This document shows positions 9,594-19,973 of a stretch of 64,000 nucleotides of DNA, one piece after another. Position 1 is the first letter of the stretch. Each line of letters opens with the position of its first letter. A model generated the notes under the pieces. That model ran no database searches. It saw only the letters and a program-made list of their open reading frames with translations, and was not told the DNA's origin. A program made the translations under genes and the position numbers. Origin of the DNA: Bacteroidia bacterium (lineage in GTDB: Bacteria; Bacteroidota; Bacteroidia; NS11-12g; UBA9320); NCBI GenBank assembly GCA_965216465.1, contig CBDCFW010000006.1, positions 480,001 through 544,000 on the forward strand. Direction: 5' to 3'.

Positions 9594-11132
9594 ATGCTAA
9601 TCAAAACCTATGGAAGTGCCGTGTACGGAATTGCTGCTCAACTGATTACGGTTGAAGTAGATGTTGGACAAGGGGCAAAAACACAGATTATTGGACTCCC
9701 AGACAATGCCGTTAAAGAAAGTCAACCTCGCGTAAATGCCGCAATGAAAAACTGCGGATATACTTATCCGCGAAAAGGAGTTGTTGTGAACATGGCACCT
9801 GCTGACATTAAAAAAGAAGGATCGGCGTATGACCTGACCATCGCTATCGGGGTGATGGCTGCAGGAGAATTGTTGTCAACCGACATGCTCGACTCTACCC
9901 TTATAATGGGCGAACTTTCTTTGGATGGAAGTCTTCTTCCCGTTAAAGGAGCATTACCTATTGCTATCCAAGCACAAAAAGATGGTTTTCAACGACTTAT
10001 ATTGCCAAAAGACAATGCTCGAGAAGCCGCTATTGTAAAAGACATTGCAGTTTTTGGCCTTGAAAATTTGAAAGAAGTGGTTCAGTTTCTGGAAGGTGAA
10101 TCTACGGTCAAACCAACCACTGTCGATCCCCGAAGTGAATTTGCCCAAAATATCAAACAAATGACCAATGACTTTAGCGATGTAAAAGGCCAAACCAATA
10201 TCAAAAGAGCAATGGAAATCGCTGCTGCGGGTGGACATAACATCATCCTCATCGGACCTCCGGGAGCAGGAAAGACCATGTTGGCCAAAAGACTAAATAC
10301 CATTCTTCCACCCATGAATTTACATGAGGCATTAGAGACCACCAAAATACACTCTGTGGCCGGACGATTAGGGTCTAATGCCAGCCTGATGGCTCAACGA
10401 CCGTTTCGAAGCCCGCATCACACCATTAGTGATGTTGCCTTGGTTGGTGGTGGAAATCATCCGCAACCGGGTGAAATCAGTTTGGCACATAATGGAGTAC
10501 TATTTTTGGACGAGTTACCAGAATTCAAACGAACCGTACTCGAAGTGCTGCGTCAGCCGCTCGAAGAACGCAAGGTTACCATCAGCAGAGCAAAGTTCTC
10601 GGTTGACTATCCGAGCAGCATGATGTTAGTGGCCAGTATGAATCCATGTCCATGTGGCTACTTCAACCATCCCGAAAAAGAATGTGTATGTGCTCCTGGA
10701 GTAGTACAGAAATACTTAAGCAAGATATCTGGTCCTTTACTCGACCGCATCGATATTCATATTGAGGTAACCCCAGTTAACTTTGAGCAAATTCACGAAT
10801 CAGGAAAGAAAGAAGAATCAAGCTCGACCATTCGTGAACGAGTTGTGAAGGCTAGAGCTGTTCAAAATCAACGCTTTACAGACTTGCCTATATACAACAA
10901 TGCTCAAATGGAAAGCAGCCTGATTCGCAAGCATTGCACCATCGACCAGCAAGGACCTATCTTACTAAAAGGAGCTATGAACAAGCTCAATCTATCTGCC
11001 CGTGCCTATGATCGCATACTAAAAGTGAGTCGCACAATTGCTGACCTGGCAGGCAGTGAATCGATTCAAATGGAACACCTTGCAGAAGCCATCCATTTCA
11101 GAAGTCTTGATCGTGAAAATTGGGGAGCTTAG
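9594..11132 (+). CDS. comM: YifB/ComM Mg-chelatase-like AAA+ ATPase
   Basis: GLPDNAVKES, GPPGAGKT, PFRSPHH, GEISLAHNGVLFLDE and NPCPCG motifs. Confidence 0.92.
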   Translation: MLIKTYGSAVYGIAAQLITVEVDVGQGAKTQIIGLPDNAVKESQPRVNAAMKNCGYTYPRKGVVVNMAPADIKKEGSAYDLTIAIGVMAAGELLSTDMLDSTLIMGELSLDGSLLPVKGALPIAIQAQKDGFQRLILPKDNAREAAIVKDIAVFGLENLKEVVQFLEGESTVKPTTVDPRSEFAQNIKQMTNDFSDVKGQTNIKRAMEIAAAGGHNIILIGPPGAGKTMLAKRLNTILPPMNLHEALETTKIHSVAGRLGSNASLMAQRPFRSPHHTISDVALVGGGNHPQPGEISLAHNGVLFLDELPEFKRTVLEVLRQPLEERKVTISRAKFSVDYPSSMMLVASMNPCPCGYFNHPEKECVCAPGVVQKYLSKISGPLLDRIDIHIEVTPVNFEQIHESGKKEESSSTIRERVVKARAVQNQRFTDLPIYNNAQMESSLIRKHCTIDQQGPILLKGAMNKLNLSARAYDRILKVSRTIADLAGSESIQMEHLAEAIHFRSLDRENWGA

Positions 11133-11183
11133 GCCAACAACCTAAATCCAATCTCAGGAAATTTACTTTACCAAACTTGCATT

Positions 11184-11225
11184 TGTAACTTTTTTGTTAC
11201 ATATATTTGTAACCATATTGTTACA
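11184..11225. promoter_or_regulatory. Tandem operator for the ArsR-family repressor
   Basis: Two TGTAAC-N6-GTTACA palindromes (11184-201, 11208-225) ending 3 bp before the ATG. Confidence 0.7.
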
Positions 11226-11228
11226 TTA

Positions 11229-11558
11229 ATGAGACGAGATGTATTTCAAGCCATAGCAGACCCCATTCGAAGAGACATTATCGAAATGTTATCAGAGCAG
11301 TCACTTACTGTAAATGAGGTGGCTAGCCGATTTGATATTAGTCGTCCTGCCATTTCTAAGCACTTGAAACTATTGCACGAATGCGACATTATAGACTATG
11401 ATCAAGTAGGAAGAACACGCTACTGCGTAATCAAACCCAAACAGCTTCTACCTGCTTTTTTATGGATCAAACAATACAATCAGCTATGGGAAGATCGCCT
11501 CGACTCATTTGAGAACTATTTAAACGAATTGCAATCTAATCCGAACAAAAATGAATAA
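11229..11558 (+). CDS. ArsR/SmtB-family regulator
   Basis: DVFQAIADPIRRDII and ISRPAISKHLKLL. Confidence 0.9.
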   Translation: MRRDVFQAIADPIRRDIIEMLSEQSLTVNEVASRFDISRPAISKHLKLLHECDIIDYDQVGRTRYCVIKPKQLLPAFLWIKQYNQLWEDRLDSFENYLNELQSNPNKNE

Positions 11559-11997
11559 TCTAGACAATCGAACATTGACCATCGAGAAAACCTTTAATGC
11601 TCCTATTCAACTTGTATGGAACGCTTGGACCAAATCAGAGCACATTGCAAAATGGTGGGCTCCTCCTGGAGCTTCGTTGGAAATAATCGAGCATAATTTT
11701 ACTGAAGGTGGCGTTTGGAAATATGCCATGCCAATGCCCAACGGTAGCCAATTTATTTCCGAAGGCAAATACATCAAAATCGTTGAATTAGAGGAGATTA
11801 TCTCCACAGCAGACTTCAAGCCGATGACCGAAAACGTAGAACTGCACATTCATTTTGAAGCAAGAGGAGAACAAACCCAGCTGACTTTTAGCGTTGTTCA
11901 TGAAACAGAAGAGTACTGTCGTCAACAAGAAAAAATGGGCTTTTATAACGGATGGGGATCGACATTGGATAGGCTGGAATCACTAGTCGAAAACTAG
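11551..11997 (+). CDS. SRPBCC/AHSA1 domain protein
   Basis: APIQLVWNAWT..HIAKWWAP and GWGSTLDRL; the usual partner of this ArsR subfamily. Confidence 0.88.
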   Translation: MNNLDNRTLTIEKTFNAPIQLVWNAWTKSEHIAKWWAPPGASLEIIEHNFTEGGVWKYAMPMPNGSQFISEGKYIKIVELEEIISTADFKPMTENVELHIHFEARGEQTQLTFSVVHETEEYCRQQEKMGFYNGWGSTLDRLESLVEN

Positions 11998-12104
11998 AAC
12001 ACTTCTGTATTCATATCATAGTACTATAGCCTAATAGAAAATTCGAATCAGTTTATCGCTTCAATTAAACCTCCATTGACCACAACTCACTTACCTTTGC
12101 GCCA

Positions 12105-12497
12105 ATGCGTTTAATTCAAACCCGTATATGCATGGCTAAGGACCTAGGTGTTCATGGCAATCTCTTCGGAGGAATCATGATGGCATGGATTGATGAAGCG
12201 GCTAGTGCAATGGCCGTTAGTTTATGCCACACCCCAAACATGGTAACTGTTAAGGTGGATGAGCTCGTATTTAAGAAAAAGGTGAAAGAAGGCTTCCTAA
12301 TTAGAATTTATGGTGATGTAGCTAAAATGGGAAATACTTCTGTTACATTTAACATAGAAGCACGAAAGGTCAGCGTTTATACCGACGAAGAAGATGTGGT
12401 GGTAAGCACTCAAATTACTTTCGTACGTATAGATGAAGAAGGTAGACCGACTCCAATTCCTTCTACCGTAAAGGCACGTTTCGCAGACAAAGGCTAA
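12105..12497 (+). CDS. Acyl-CoA thioesterase (hotdog fold)
   Basis: HGNLFGGIMMAWIDEA and FVRIDEEGRP. Confidence 0.88.
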   Translation: MRLIQTRICMAKDLGVHGNLFGGIMMAWIDEAASAMAVSLCHTPNMVTVKVDELVFKKKVKEGFLIRIYGDVAKMGNTSVTFNIEARKVSVYTDEEDVVVSTQITFVRIDEEGRPTPIPSTVKARFADKG

Positions 12498-12579
12498 CCG
12501 TTAGTCAATTCAAATTGATCGATTGTGCATCAGCCGCAATCTTTTAGAAACCTTATGGTTATTAGGAAAAGCTCACATT

Positions 12580-13275
12580 ATGAAATTCCTAAAAACCAAA
12601 TCCCCAGATCGTGTAATCCTATTTGAAATAGGTATTATCTTAGCCCTTCTTGCTGTAAACTATGTTTTTGGCTTAAGCTATAACGCCACCTTTGTAATTG
12701 GTGACCCCATTGAAGAGCCGCCATTTGATACCCTCTTTATTTACAATCCTCCAGCAGATCCAATCATACCCGAAGTGGAGCCTGAGCAAAAACAAGAGCC
12801 CGCTCAAATATTTGATATCACATCTATAATCAAGCAGGTGCCTGATGTTTTCAAAGTTGAAGAGAAGAAACTTCCAAAAATTCTCCCACCAAACACCGGA
12901 CTAATTGCTCCAATAAAGCTTGCACCTAGACACGATTCGTCTAGAATAATTGACATATATGAAGCAGAAATTATGCCTGAATTTCCAGGTGGGCCAGATG
13001 AGCTGCAAAAATATATTTCCGACAATTATGAAATTCCATATCACGTAATGAACATGGTAGATGAAATAAAAATGAACATTGAATTTATTATCGACGAAAA
13101 AGGGCAAGTTGTTGATGTTAAGATACTTACATGCTCAAAGCCTGGACTTGGTGCCGAAAGAGAAGCGATTCGCGTATACAGAAATATGCCGAAATGGACA
13201 CCAGCCGAATTCAATGGTCATCCCGTAAAAATAAGACTCAGACAACCGTTTAACATTCGCGTTGACTCGTATTAA
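12580..13275 (+). CDS. tonB: Energy transducer TonB
   Basis: N-terminal TM helix, Pro-rich linker and MPEFPGG..MPKWTPA TonB C-domain. Confidence 0.82.
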   Translation: MKFLKTKSPDRVILFEIGIILALLAVNYVFGLSYNATFVIGDPIEEPPFDTLFIYNPPADPIIPEVEPEQKQEPAQIFDITSIIKQVPDVFKVEEKKLPKILPPNTGLIAPIKLAPRHDSSRIIDIYEAEIMPEFPGGPDELQKYISDNYEIPYHVMNMVDEIKMNIEFIIDEKGQVVDVKILTCSKPGLGAEREAIRVYRNMPKWTPAEFNGHPVKIRLRQPFNIRVDSY

Positions 13276-13352
13276 TTAATGTTGGCATAATTATGGAAAT
13301 ATATCTTACATATTCGGTAAGGTAGTTTTCGTAAACTTAGCTTTTAGTAAAC

Positions 13353-13380
13353 AAAGGGGGCAATCGCCCCCTTTTTCTTT
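13353..13380 (+). terminator. Intrinsic terminator
   Basis: aaagggggc-aatc-gcccccttt plus T-run. Confidence 0.8.
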
Positions 13381-13482
13381 AAACATATTGGAGCCAAATC
13401 ATTCGCTTCATCCAGAACTAGCCGTTTGTCAAAATCTGTGTAAATGCCTAATAATCCATTGTTAATGACTCATTGGAGTGTA

Positions 13483-13522
13483 AAATTTGCCCGCTTTTCA
13501 ACTGAAATTTCCCGTTTATCAA
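13483..13522 (+). promoter_or_regulatory. Direct repeats, putative LytTR boxes
   Basis: cccgcttttcaa and cccgtttatcaa with a 21-bp period, upstream of the gene preceding the LytTR regulator. Confidence 0.5.
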
Positions 13523-13565
13523 TTCTGCGCTTTTACAAGCGGATATTTGGCGTTATCTTTACGAT

Positions 13566-14141
13566 ATGAATCATTTAAGAAGTTTACTAAAGTTCGCATT
13601 CCTAACCCTAATCATGGTAGGATTTGCAAATGCTAGTATGGCAGGTGATGATAAAGACAAAAAGAAAAACAGCAACCAGCCTTCTAAAACCTCTAAATGC
13701 GACTCTACATTGTTAGATGTTGATATCGATGCTCCTGATACTGAAGACACACTTGTTTTTGAAGATTGGGACAACCCAGACGGTGGTGGTACTATTGGAA
13801 CCGACCCAAGTCATGTAGCGAGCGGTTTCAACCTTGATGCGAAGCATTCTGGCATGCACGACAGTCGAAATTTCAACAACGCAATGCTCGATAAACTAAA
13901 AGACTTTAAAAAAGACTATGAAGTATCGTTCACTGTGTATCCGAATCCGACCGTTTCGCGATTAAACATTCGCACCGACAATATTCCAAACGATATTCGA
14001 GTTTCTGATATAATGGGACGAGTTCATTTAATCTCGTCTTACACTACAGAAATTTCTGTTGGGGATCTTCCTACAGGCACATATGTAATTCAATTGGTTT
14101 ACAATGATCACATTGAGTCTCGGAAGTTTGTGAAGAATTGA
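13566..14141 (+). CDS. Small T9SS type-A CTD protein
   Basis: Signal peptide plus VYPNPT..DIMGR..LPTGTYVI..RKFVKN C-terminal domain. Confidence 0.82.
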   Translation: MNHLRSLLKFAFLTLIMVGFANASMAGDDKDKKKNSNQPSKTSKCDSTLLDVDIDAPDTEDTLVFEDWDNPDGGGTIGTDPSHVASGFNLDAKHSGMHDSRNFNNAMLDKLKDFKKDYEVSFTVYPNPTVSRLNIRTDNIPNDIRVSDIMGRVHLISSYTTEISVGDLPTGTYVIQLVYNDHIESRKFVKN

Positions 14142-14169
14142 TTTTGTATAACCCTTAAATTTTATCGCT

Positions 14170-14874
14170 ATGTTGAGAGCAGTAATTATCGATGACGAGA
14201 GAAAAAGCAGAGAAAACCTTGAACTTCTTTTACAATCTTTTGTAGAGAATGTAGAAATAGTTGGCAAAGCCAATGGAGTAATGACGGGTATTCGAGCTAT
14301 CAACGATGAAGAGCCTGACCTCGTTTTTCTAGACATTCATTTGGCTAGTGGCGATGGATTTCAAATCTTAGAGGGTATCAAAAACAAAAATCAGAACGTC
14401 ATCTTTGTTACTGGTCATGAAGAACATGCAGTTAAAGCTTTTCGTTCCGATGCAATTGACTATTTGCTTAAACCCGTTTGCATAGAACACCTTCAAAATG
14501 CAGTTGAACGTGTTAGAACGCGTCAAGGATCTTCAAAAAGCGAGAAAACTGGTCAAATTTCACTATCAACTTCTAAAGGTCTTCAATTTTTGAAAACTGA
14601 AGATATTGTCTATTGCAAGGGTGACGGTGCATATACTTATTTCTTCCTAAAAAATGGAGAACGTATTACCACTTCTAAAAATTTAAAAGCCTACGAAGAG
14701 CGTCTAAAAGACTACAACTTTTTTAGATCGCACAAATCATATCTAGTTAATTTGTCTGAAATTAAAACGTACATTCGTGGGGAAGGCAGCTATGCAGTTA
14801 TGACCAACGGAGATAGCGTTGGTGTTTCAAAACGTCGTAAAGACCATTTCTTGGCTGCATTAGGCAGTGCATAA
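14170..14874 (+). CDS. LytTR-family response regulator
   Basis: IIDDE, PDLVFLDI, DYLLKP and FFRSHKSYLVN motifs. Confidence 0.92.
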   Translation: MLRAVIIDDERKSRENLELLLQSFVENVEIVGKANGVMTGIRAINDEEPDLVFLDIHLASGDGFQILEGIKNKNQNVIFVTGHEEHAVKAFRSDAIDYLLKPVCIEHLQNAVERVRTRQGSSKSEKTGQISLSTSKGLQFLKTEDIVYCKGDGAYTYFFLKNGERITTSKNLKAYEERLKDYNFFRSHKSYLVNLSEIKTYIRGEGSYAVMTNGDSVGVSKRRKDHFLAALGSA

Positions 14875-17872
14875 GAACCAATTAAGACATATACTCCTAC
14901 TCTTTTGCTGGTTAGCAGCAAGTCTTTCATGGGCTCAACAACCTATTCGTTTTCAAAATCTTACGGTTAATGATGGCCTTTCTATGGGCTCGGTTACCGA
15001 TTTTGAAAAAGACAAAGCAGGATACATATGGATTGCCACCGCTGAAGGCTTACACCGCTACGACGGCAAGTATTTTAAGATTTTTAAACACGTCGAAGGC
15101 AAGACCAACTCGTTGAGTGACAGCTACATAACATCACTCGCCTCAACCGAAACTGAGCTCTTTGTAGGAAACAACATTGGCAACATCGATGTCATGAATC
15201 TGAGTGATTACAGCATCACCTCAATCATGTTCAAGTCGATTGATCCGAGCTTTGATTTTCCCATTACCTCACTTCACACCTTCAAAAACCATCTGGTCAT
15301 CGGAACATTGGAAGGCGGCCTATGGTTCTATGATCTTGAAGCCCGAACTCTGCGTTTAGCTGGCTTTGAAAGCCAAGAAATTACAGATATAACTATAGAT
15401 CAAGATGTATTTTACGTCTCAAATGGAAAATCCATTTTTCAATTGGATTTAAATAACACCAAAGAAATCTATACTCACGATAGAGGTTCAATTAATGCCT
15501 TAGGTGTTTTAAATAACCAAATCATTTTTGGAACCGAAATCGGACTCTTCCAACTGAATACAATTTTTAATGAAGTAACTTCCATTAAGGTTCCCGAAAG
15601 AAAAAGATTGGTACACCATATAACATCTATTTTGGTAAAGCAAGATCAAGTTTGGGTGGGAACGAAGGGTGGACTTCTCAAGATTGACGAGCAATCTACA
15701 ACCTTGTACAAAACCAACACTCTACGACCATTTTACCTGGTGAACGATGACATTACAACTCTATTCCAAGACGAAAAAGGTATCTTATGGGTGGGCACCA
15801 TCGCAGGTGTAAGTAAATATGCACCACAACTTGGGAAATTTGGCTTGCTACAATACTTCGACTTTGAAGGCCAGAACTATAACAACAATGTTTATTACAC
15901 CTACGAAGATCGTGATCAACACATTTGGCTAGGTACATTAACCGGTGGTCTTGTTCGTCTGAATAGCAATCATGAAATCGATAAAGTCTTTCCTACAATC
16001 AAAAGTGGCAAATATGAAACACATGCCATTCGCTGCATTTTTCAAGATTCAAAAGGAACTTTTTGGATTGGAACCCGAGACGAAGGCCTCTTTCAACTCG
16101 ATCCAGAAACCGGAAATGCCAAACTCATAGCAAATCGCGACAATGGAAAACTAAAAAGCAATGTGATTCGTGCCATTTATGAAGATGAAAATGGAACTAT
16201 TTGGATTGGAACAGAAATAGGATTGTATTCCATTGACAGCGACTTCAATTTTGTGCTTTGCAAAGGTGAGGACAACAAAAGAAACAATAGAATTTATCAA
16301 ATTGAAAAACATCCTAAAACAGGAGAACTAATTGCAGCTAGTTTTAGAGGTGGACTTCAACTATACAACCCCACAGAGCATAGCTTCAGGTTCTTGAAAC
16401 ACAATGAGCTCGACTCTACCACACTGAGCAACAACAACATTATGTCGCTTGCTTGGGTTAACGACGACACACTATTGATTGGAACTTATGGTGGAGGTTT
16501 AAACATCTTAGACCTCAATACTGAGAAGTTCACACACATAACAGAAAAGAACGGCTTAGTTAATAACGCCGTATATGGAATTATCTACGAAGGAGATGGA
16601 ATTTGTTGGTTATCAACGAATAACGGTATTGTTCGTTACTCCATATACGACCATTCATTTGTGAACTTTAAGCCTGAACACTACCTACAAAGCACTGAGT
16701 ATAATGAAGGAGCCTTCCTAAAAAGTTCTAAAGGAATCTATTATATGGGAGGCGTAAATGGACTAAACTATTTCAAACCTTCTGAGATCAATTACGACAA
16801 TCAACCGCCACCTTTATACTTCACCGATATCCGCGGACAATTTACTTCAAATAAGAACGACGCACTCAATTTGAGTTTCTTAAGCTCGCGATTAGAAATA
16901 GACTTTATGGCACTGTACTACCCTAATCCACAAGGTGTTAAGTACAAGTACAAGATGACCGGATACGACAATAACTGGATAGAGAGCACCATCAGCAATA
17001 CGGCAGTATACCCAAGACTAAGTCCTGGAGATTATACTTTTTCGGTGGTAGCAGAAGACGAATTTGGAAACTGGCAGTCGTATTCCAAAGACTTAAAAAT
17101 AAATGTTGAACCTCCATTCTGGCAAAAGTGGTGGTTTATCATCACAGCAATTGCCATAGTACTCGGTTTATTGTATGCCATTTTCAAATACAGAACACGC
17201 GAAATAGAACGTCTATACAAACTGCAACTCGTTGATTCTGAACTAGCTGCATTACGTAGCCAGATGAACCCTCATTTCATTTTCAATTCGCTAAACAGTA
17301 TACAATACTTCATTCTTAAGAAAGAGCCTAAAGAAGCTTATACCTACTTAAGCAAATTCGCCAGCCTGATGAGAAAGATTCTTCAAAACAGTAGGCTTAA
17401 ATACATATCCGTAAAAGATGAAGTCGAATGGCTAAACCTTTACCTCGAAATGGAAAAAATGAGGATGGATAACAACCTTGAGTATTCAATCAGCAGTAAA
17501 AATATAGATAACGAGGAACAAACCTTTATCCCGACTATGCTGATACAACCCTTTGTAGAAAATAGCATCATTCATGGACTGCTACCCAAAGACGATGACC
17601 GGCAATTAAATGTAGTTATCACACGCGAAGATGATCATCTGCTTTGTACAATTTTCGACAACGGAATTGGACGAGATGCCTCCAGAATTATGAACGCTAA
17701 ACGGAGTAGCAAACACGCTTCAGCTGGAATGGACTTAACACGCAAACGACTTGCTATTCTGAGTGAAGGCAAAGGAAACTTCGATGTTCAGTTCAAGGAT
17801 TTAGAAGAGAATGGAGAAGCAACTGGAACCATTGCTAAAATTATCGTTCCGATAATCAACCAAACAGATTAA
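14867..17872 (+). CDS. LytS-type sensor histidine kinase with periplasmic beta-propellers and Y_Y_Y domain
   Basis: Repeated D..G.IWIGT propeller blades, a TM helix, ALRSQMNPHFIFNSLNSI and DNGIG. Confidence 0.9.
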   Translation: MHKNQLRHILLLFCWLAASLSWAQQPIRFQNLTVNDGLSMGSVTDFEKDKAGYIWIATAEGLHRYDGKYFKIFKHVEGKTNSLSDSYITSLASTETELFVGNNIGNIDVMNLSDYSITSIMFKSIDPSFDFPITSLHTFKNHLVIGTLEGGLWFYDLEARTLRLAGFESQEITDITIDQDVFYVSNGKSIFQLDLNNTKEIYTHDRGSINALGVLNNQIIFGTEIGLFQLNTIFNEVTSIKVPERKRLVHHITSILVKQDQVWVGTKGGLLKIDEQSTTLYKTNTLRPFYLVNDDITTLFQDEKGILWVGTIAGVSKYAPQLGKFGLLQYFDFEGQNYNNNVYYTYEDRDQHIWLGTLTGGLVRLNSNHEIDKVFPTIKSGKYETHAIRCIFQDSKGTFWIGTRDEGLFQLDPETGNAKLIANRDNGKLKSNVIRAIYEDENGTIWIGTEIGLYSIDSDFNFVLCKGEDNKRNNRIYQIEKHPKTGELIAASFRGGLQLYNPTEHSFRFLKHNELDSTTLSNNNIMSLAWVNDDTLLIGTYGGGLNILDLNTEKFTHITEKNGLVNNAVYGIIYEGDGICWLSTNNGIVRYSIYDHSFVNFKPEHYLQSTEYNEGAFLKSSKGIYYMGGVNGLNYFKPSEINYDNQPPPLYFTDIRGQFTSNKNDALNLSFLSSRLEIDFMALYYPNPQGVKYKYKMTGYDNNWIESTISNTAVYPRLSPGDYTFSVVAEDEFGNWQSYSKDLKINVEPPFWQKWWFIITAIAIVLGLLYAIFKYRTREIERLYKLQLVDSELAALRSQMNPHFIFNSLNSIQYFILKKEPKEAYTYLSKFASLMRKILQNSRLKYISVKDEVEWLNLYLEMEKMRMDNNLEYSISSKNIDNEEQTFIPTMLIQPFVENSIIHGLLPKDDDRQLNVVITREDDHLLCTIFDNGIGRDASRIMNAKRSSKHASAGMDLTRKRLAILSEGKGNFDVQFKDLEENGEATGTIAKIIVPIINQTD

Positions 17873-19715
17873 ACACAACAAAACTGGCCACATAAGCCAG
17901 CCCGGTCATATAAAAAAACTGTATGATCGGCCATTTTAGGGATTTGGTTTCCTTGTATACAACTGCTAAAGTTGACATACATTGCATGGCAAAGGCATAA
18001 AAGACCATCAACGACAAAATAACGGCCAAAGAATAAACCGGTTCTCCCGTAGGACCCCGATCTCGCTGCATCTTAGCTCGAATTTGAGAAAAATCTTCTT
18101 CATTGTCGATACTATAAATCGTACTCATGGTACCCACAAACACCTCCCTTGCTGCAAAAGAAGTAATTAGTGCAATTCCTATCTTCCAATTAAAACCAAG
18201 CGGTTTAATTGTTGGTTCTATAAACTTTCCAAAATGCCCTGCATAACTCTGTTCTAATGTTGGTGCCTCCTGAAGCGAAACTGTTTTTTCGGGTTTAGGA
18301 CCATAACTCGCCAAGAACCACAACACCATGGAAATTATTAAAATCACCTTTCCTGCCTCTTTTACAAAGCTCAATGATTTCTGCCAGCAGATCATCCAAA
18401 TATTTCTCCATCTTGGAGCATGATAATTGGGTAGTTCCATAATAAAGTATGATGGGATATCGTGCTTTATTATCCATTTAAAAACCACAGCAGCGACTAA
18501 AGCAGCAACCGTTCCCAATACATACATTGCTAAAAGAACCAAAGCTTGTAAATTGATGAAGCCAAGCACCATTTTACTCGGAATGGCCATTGATATGAGC
18601 AATGTATAAACAGGTAATCTTGCCGAACAACTCATTAAAGGCGTAACCATTATGGTGATTAACCGGTCTTTCCAGTTCTCGATGTTTCTTGTGCTCATGA
18701 TCGCAGGAATTGCACATGCAGCCCCACTCAATAATGGCACTACAGACTTTCCGCTTAATCCAAGCCCTTTAAGTAGCTTGTCCATGATAAAACTTACCCT
18801 CGCCATATACCCTGTATCCTCTAGCAAACTCATAAAGAAAAAGAGTATGGCTATTTGAGGGACAAAGACCACAACCCCGGCTACTCCGGCTATCAAGCCG
18901 TTGATTATCAACTTCTTGATCCATCCGTCAGGCATTACATTATTTAAGCCCTCACTAACCAAAGAAAAGCCTTCTTCAATCCAAATCATAGGAAATTCGG
19001 CAAGCATGAACACACTTTGAAAGATTAGAAAGAGTACACCTAAAAAGAACAAGTAACCCAACATTGGATGAAGTGCATAACGATCAATCTTATTGGTCAC
19101 TAACTCACTCCTCGACTTCATTGTGGTAGTACGATGAAGCAAATGGCTAATTCGCTTGTAATGGGCCTCGGTCGAATCATCATCTCCTTCAGCAAAATTG
19201 TAATGCGTGGTAAACTGTTTTTCAACCAATTCAGTACGTAGATATGCAACGCCTTTACCTTCTCTTGCATTAATTGTATGGATGCGAATTCCTAGCTCTT
19301 GCTCTAATCGTACAACATCAATTTCAACACCTTTGTTTTGTGCTACATCAAGCATGTTAAGTACTAAAATCATTGGTATACCCCTGCTTGATAACTGGCT
19401 GAAATAGAACAAGTTTCGTTTTAGATTTGAAGCATCAGCTATATACAGAATGGTGTCAGGCTTCGTTTCTTCAAAAAACAGGCGAACCGCCTCTTCTTCG
19501 TCTAAAGACTTGGGATTTAAACTGTAAGTTCCTGGTGTATCAATAAGACGCACCTTTTTGTCTCCAACCGAAAACACCCCTTCTCGATTCTCTATTGTGG
19601 TACCTGGAACATTCGTGATTTTTTGCTTTAAACCAGTCAACCGATTAAACAGCGATGACTTACCACAATTGGGATTCCCAGCTAAAACAATTTTAAGTTC
19701 TTCGCTATTTGCCAT
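17856..19715 (-). CDS. feoB: Ferrous iron transporter B
   Basis: GNPNCGKS, DTPGTYSL, NMLD and MSCSARLPVY. Confidence 0.95.
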   Translation of the reverse strand: MANSEELKIVLAGNPNCGKSSLFNRLTGLKQKITNVPGTTIENREGVFSVGDKKVRLIDTPGTYSLNPKSLDEEEAVRLFFEETKPDTILYIADASNLKRNLFYFSQLSSRGIPMILVLNMLDVAQNKGVEIDVVRLEQELGIRIHTINAREGKGVAYLRTELVEKQFTTHYNFAEGDDDSTEAHYKRISHLLHRTTTMKSRSELVTNKIDRYALHPMLGYLFFLGVLFLIFQSVFMLAEFPMIWIEEGFSLVSEGLNNVMPDGWIKKLIINGLIAGVAGVVVFVPQIAILFFFMSLLEDTGYMARVSFIMDKLLKGLGLSGKSVVPLLSGAACAIPAIMSTRNIENWKDRLITIMVTPLMSCSARLPVYTLLISMAIPSKMVLGFINLQALVLLAMYVLGTVAALVAAVVFKWIIKHDIPSYFIMELPNYHAPRWRNIWMICWQKSLSFVKEAGKVILIISMVLWFLASYGPKPEKTVSLQEAPTLEQSYAGHFGKFIEPTIKPLGFNWKIGIALITSFAAREVFVGTMSTIYSIDNEEDFSQIRAKMQRDRGPTGEPVYSLAVILSLMVFYAFAMQCMSTLAVVYKETKSLKWPIIQFFYMTGLAYVASFVVFNLFG

Positions 19716-19962
19716 TCTCAAAAAGTGGATCTAACGGTTTTACTACGACATTTTTGGCTTCTGACTTGCGAATACTTAAGGTATATTCTTCAACATCATA
19801 GGCAATGGGATCACCAAATGGGGCTTTATACATTGCACGAATAATTACACCCGGAATACACCCCATTTCTTGAAGTTTTTCTTTGAAAGGGCCATCCAAA
19901 ACTTGTTGAATACGAGCGACTTGTCCAATATTTAACTCTGCCAGTGTCAAAATCGAGGGCAA
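19705..19962 (-). CDS. feoA: Ferrous iron transport protein A
   Basis: LQEMGCIPG..APFGDPI..LSIRKSEA; coupled to feoB. Confidence 0.9.
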   Translation of the reverse strand: MPSILTLAELNIGQVARIQQVLDGPFKEKLQEMGCIPGVIIRAMYKAPFGDPIAYDVEEYTLSIRKSEAKNVVVKPLDPLFENGK

Positions 19963-19973
19963 AGATGACTTTT

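Noticed and set aside
17856-17872. Convergent 3' overlaps (also 57182-92 and 58871-84)
   Set aside because: Ordinary feature of compact genomes; no sign of special function.
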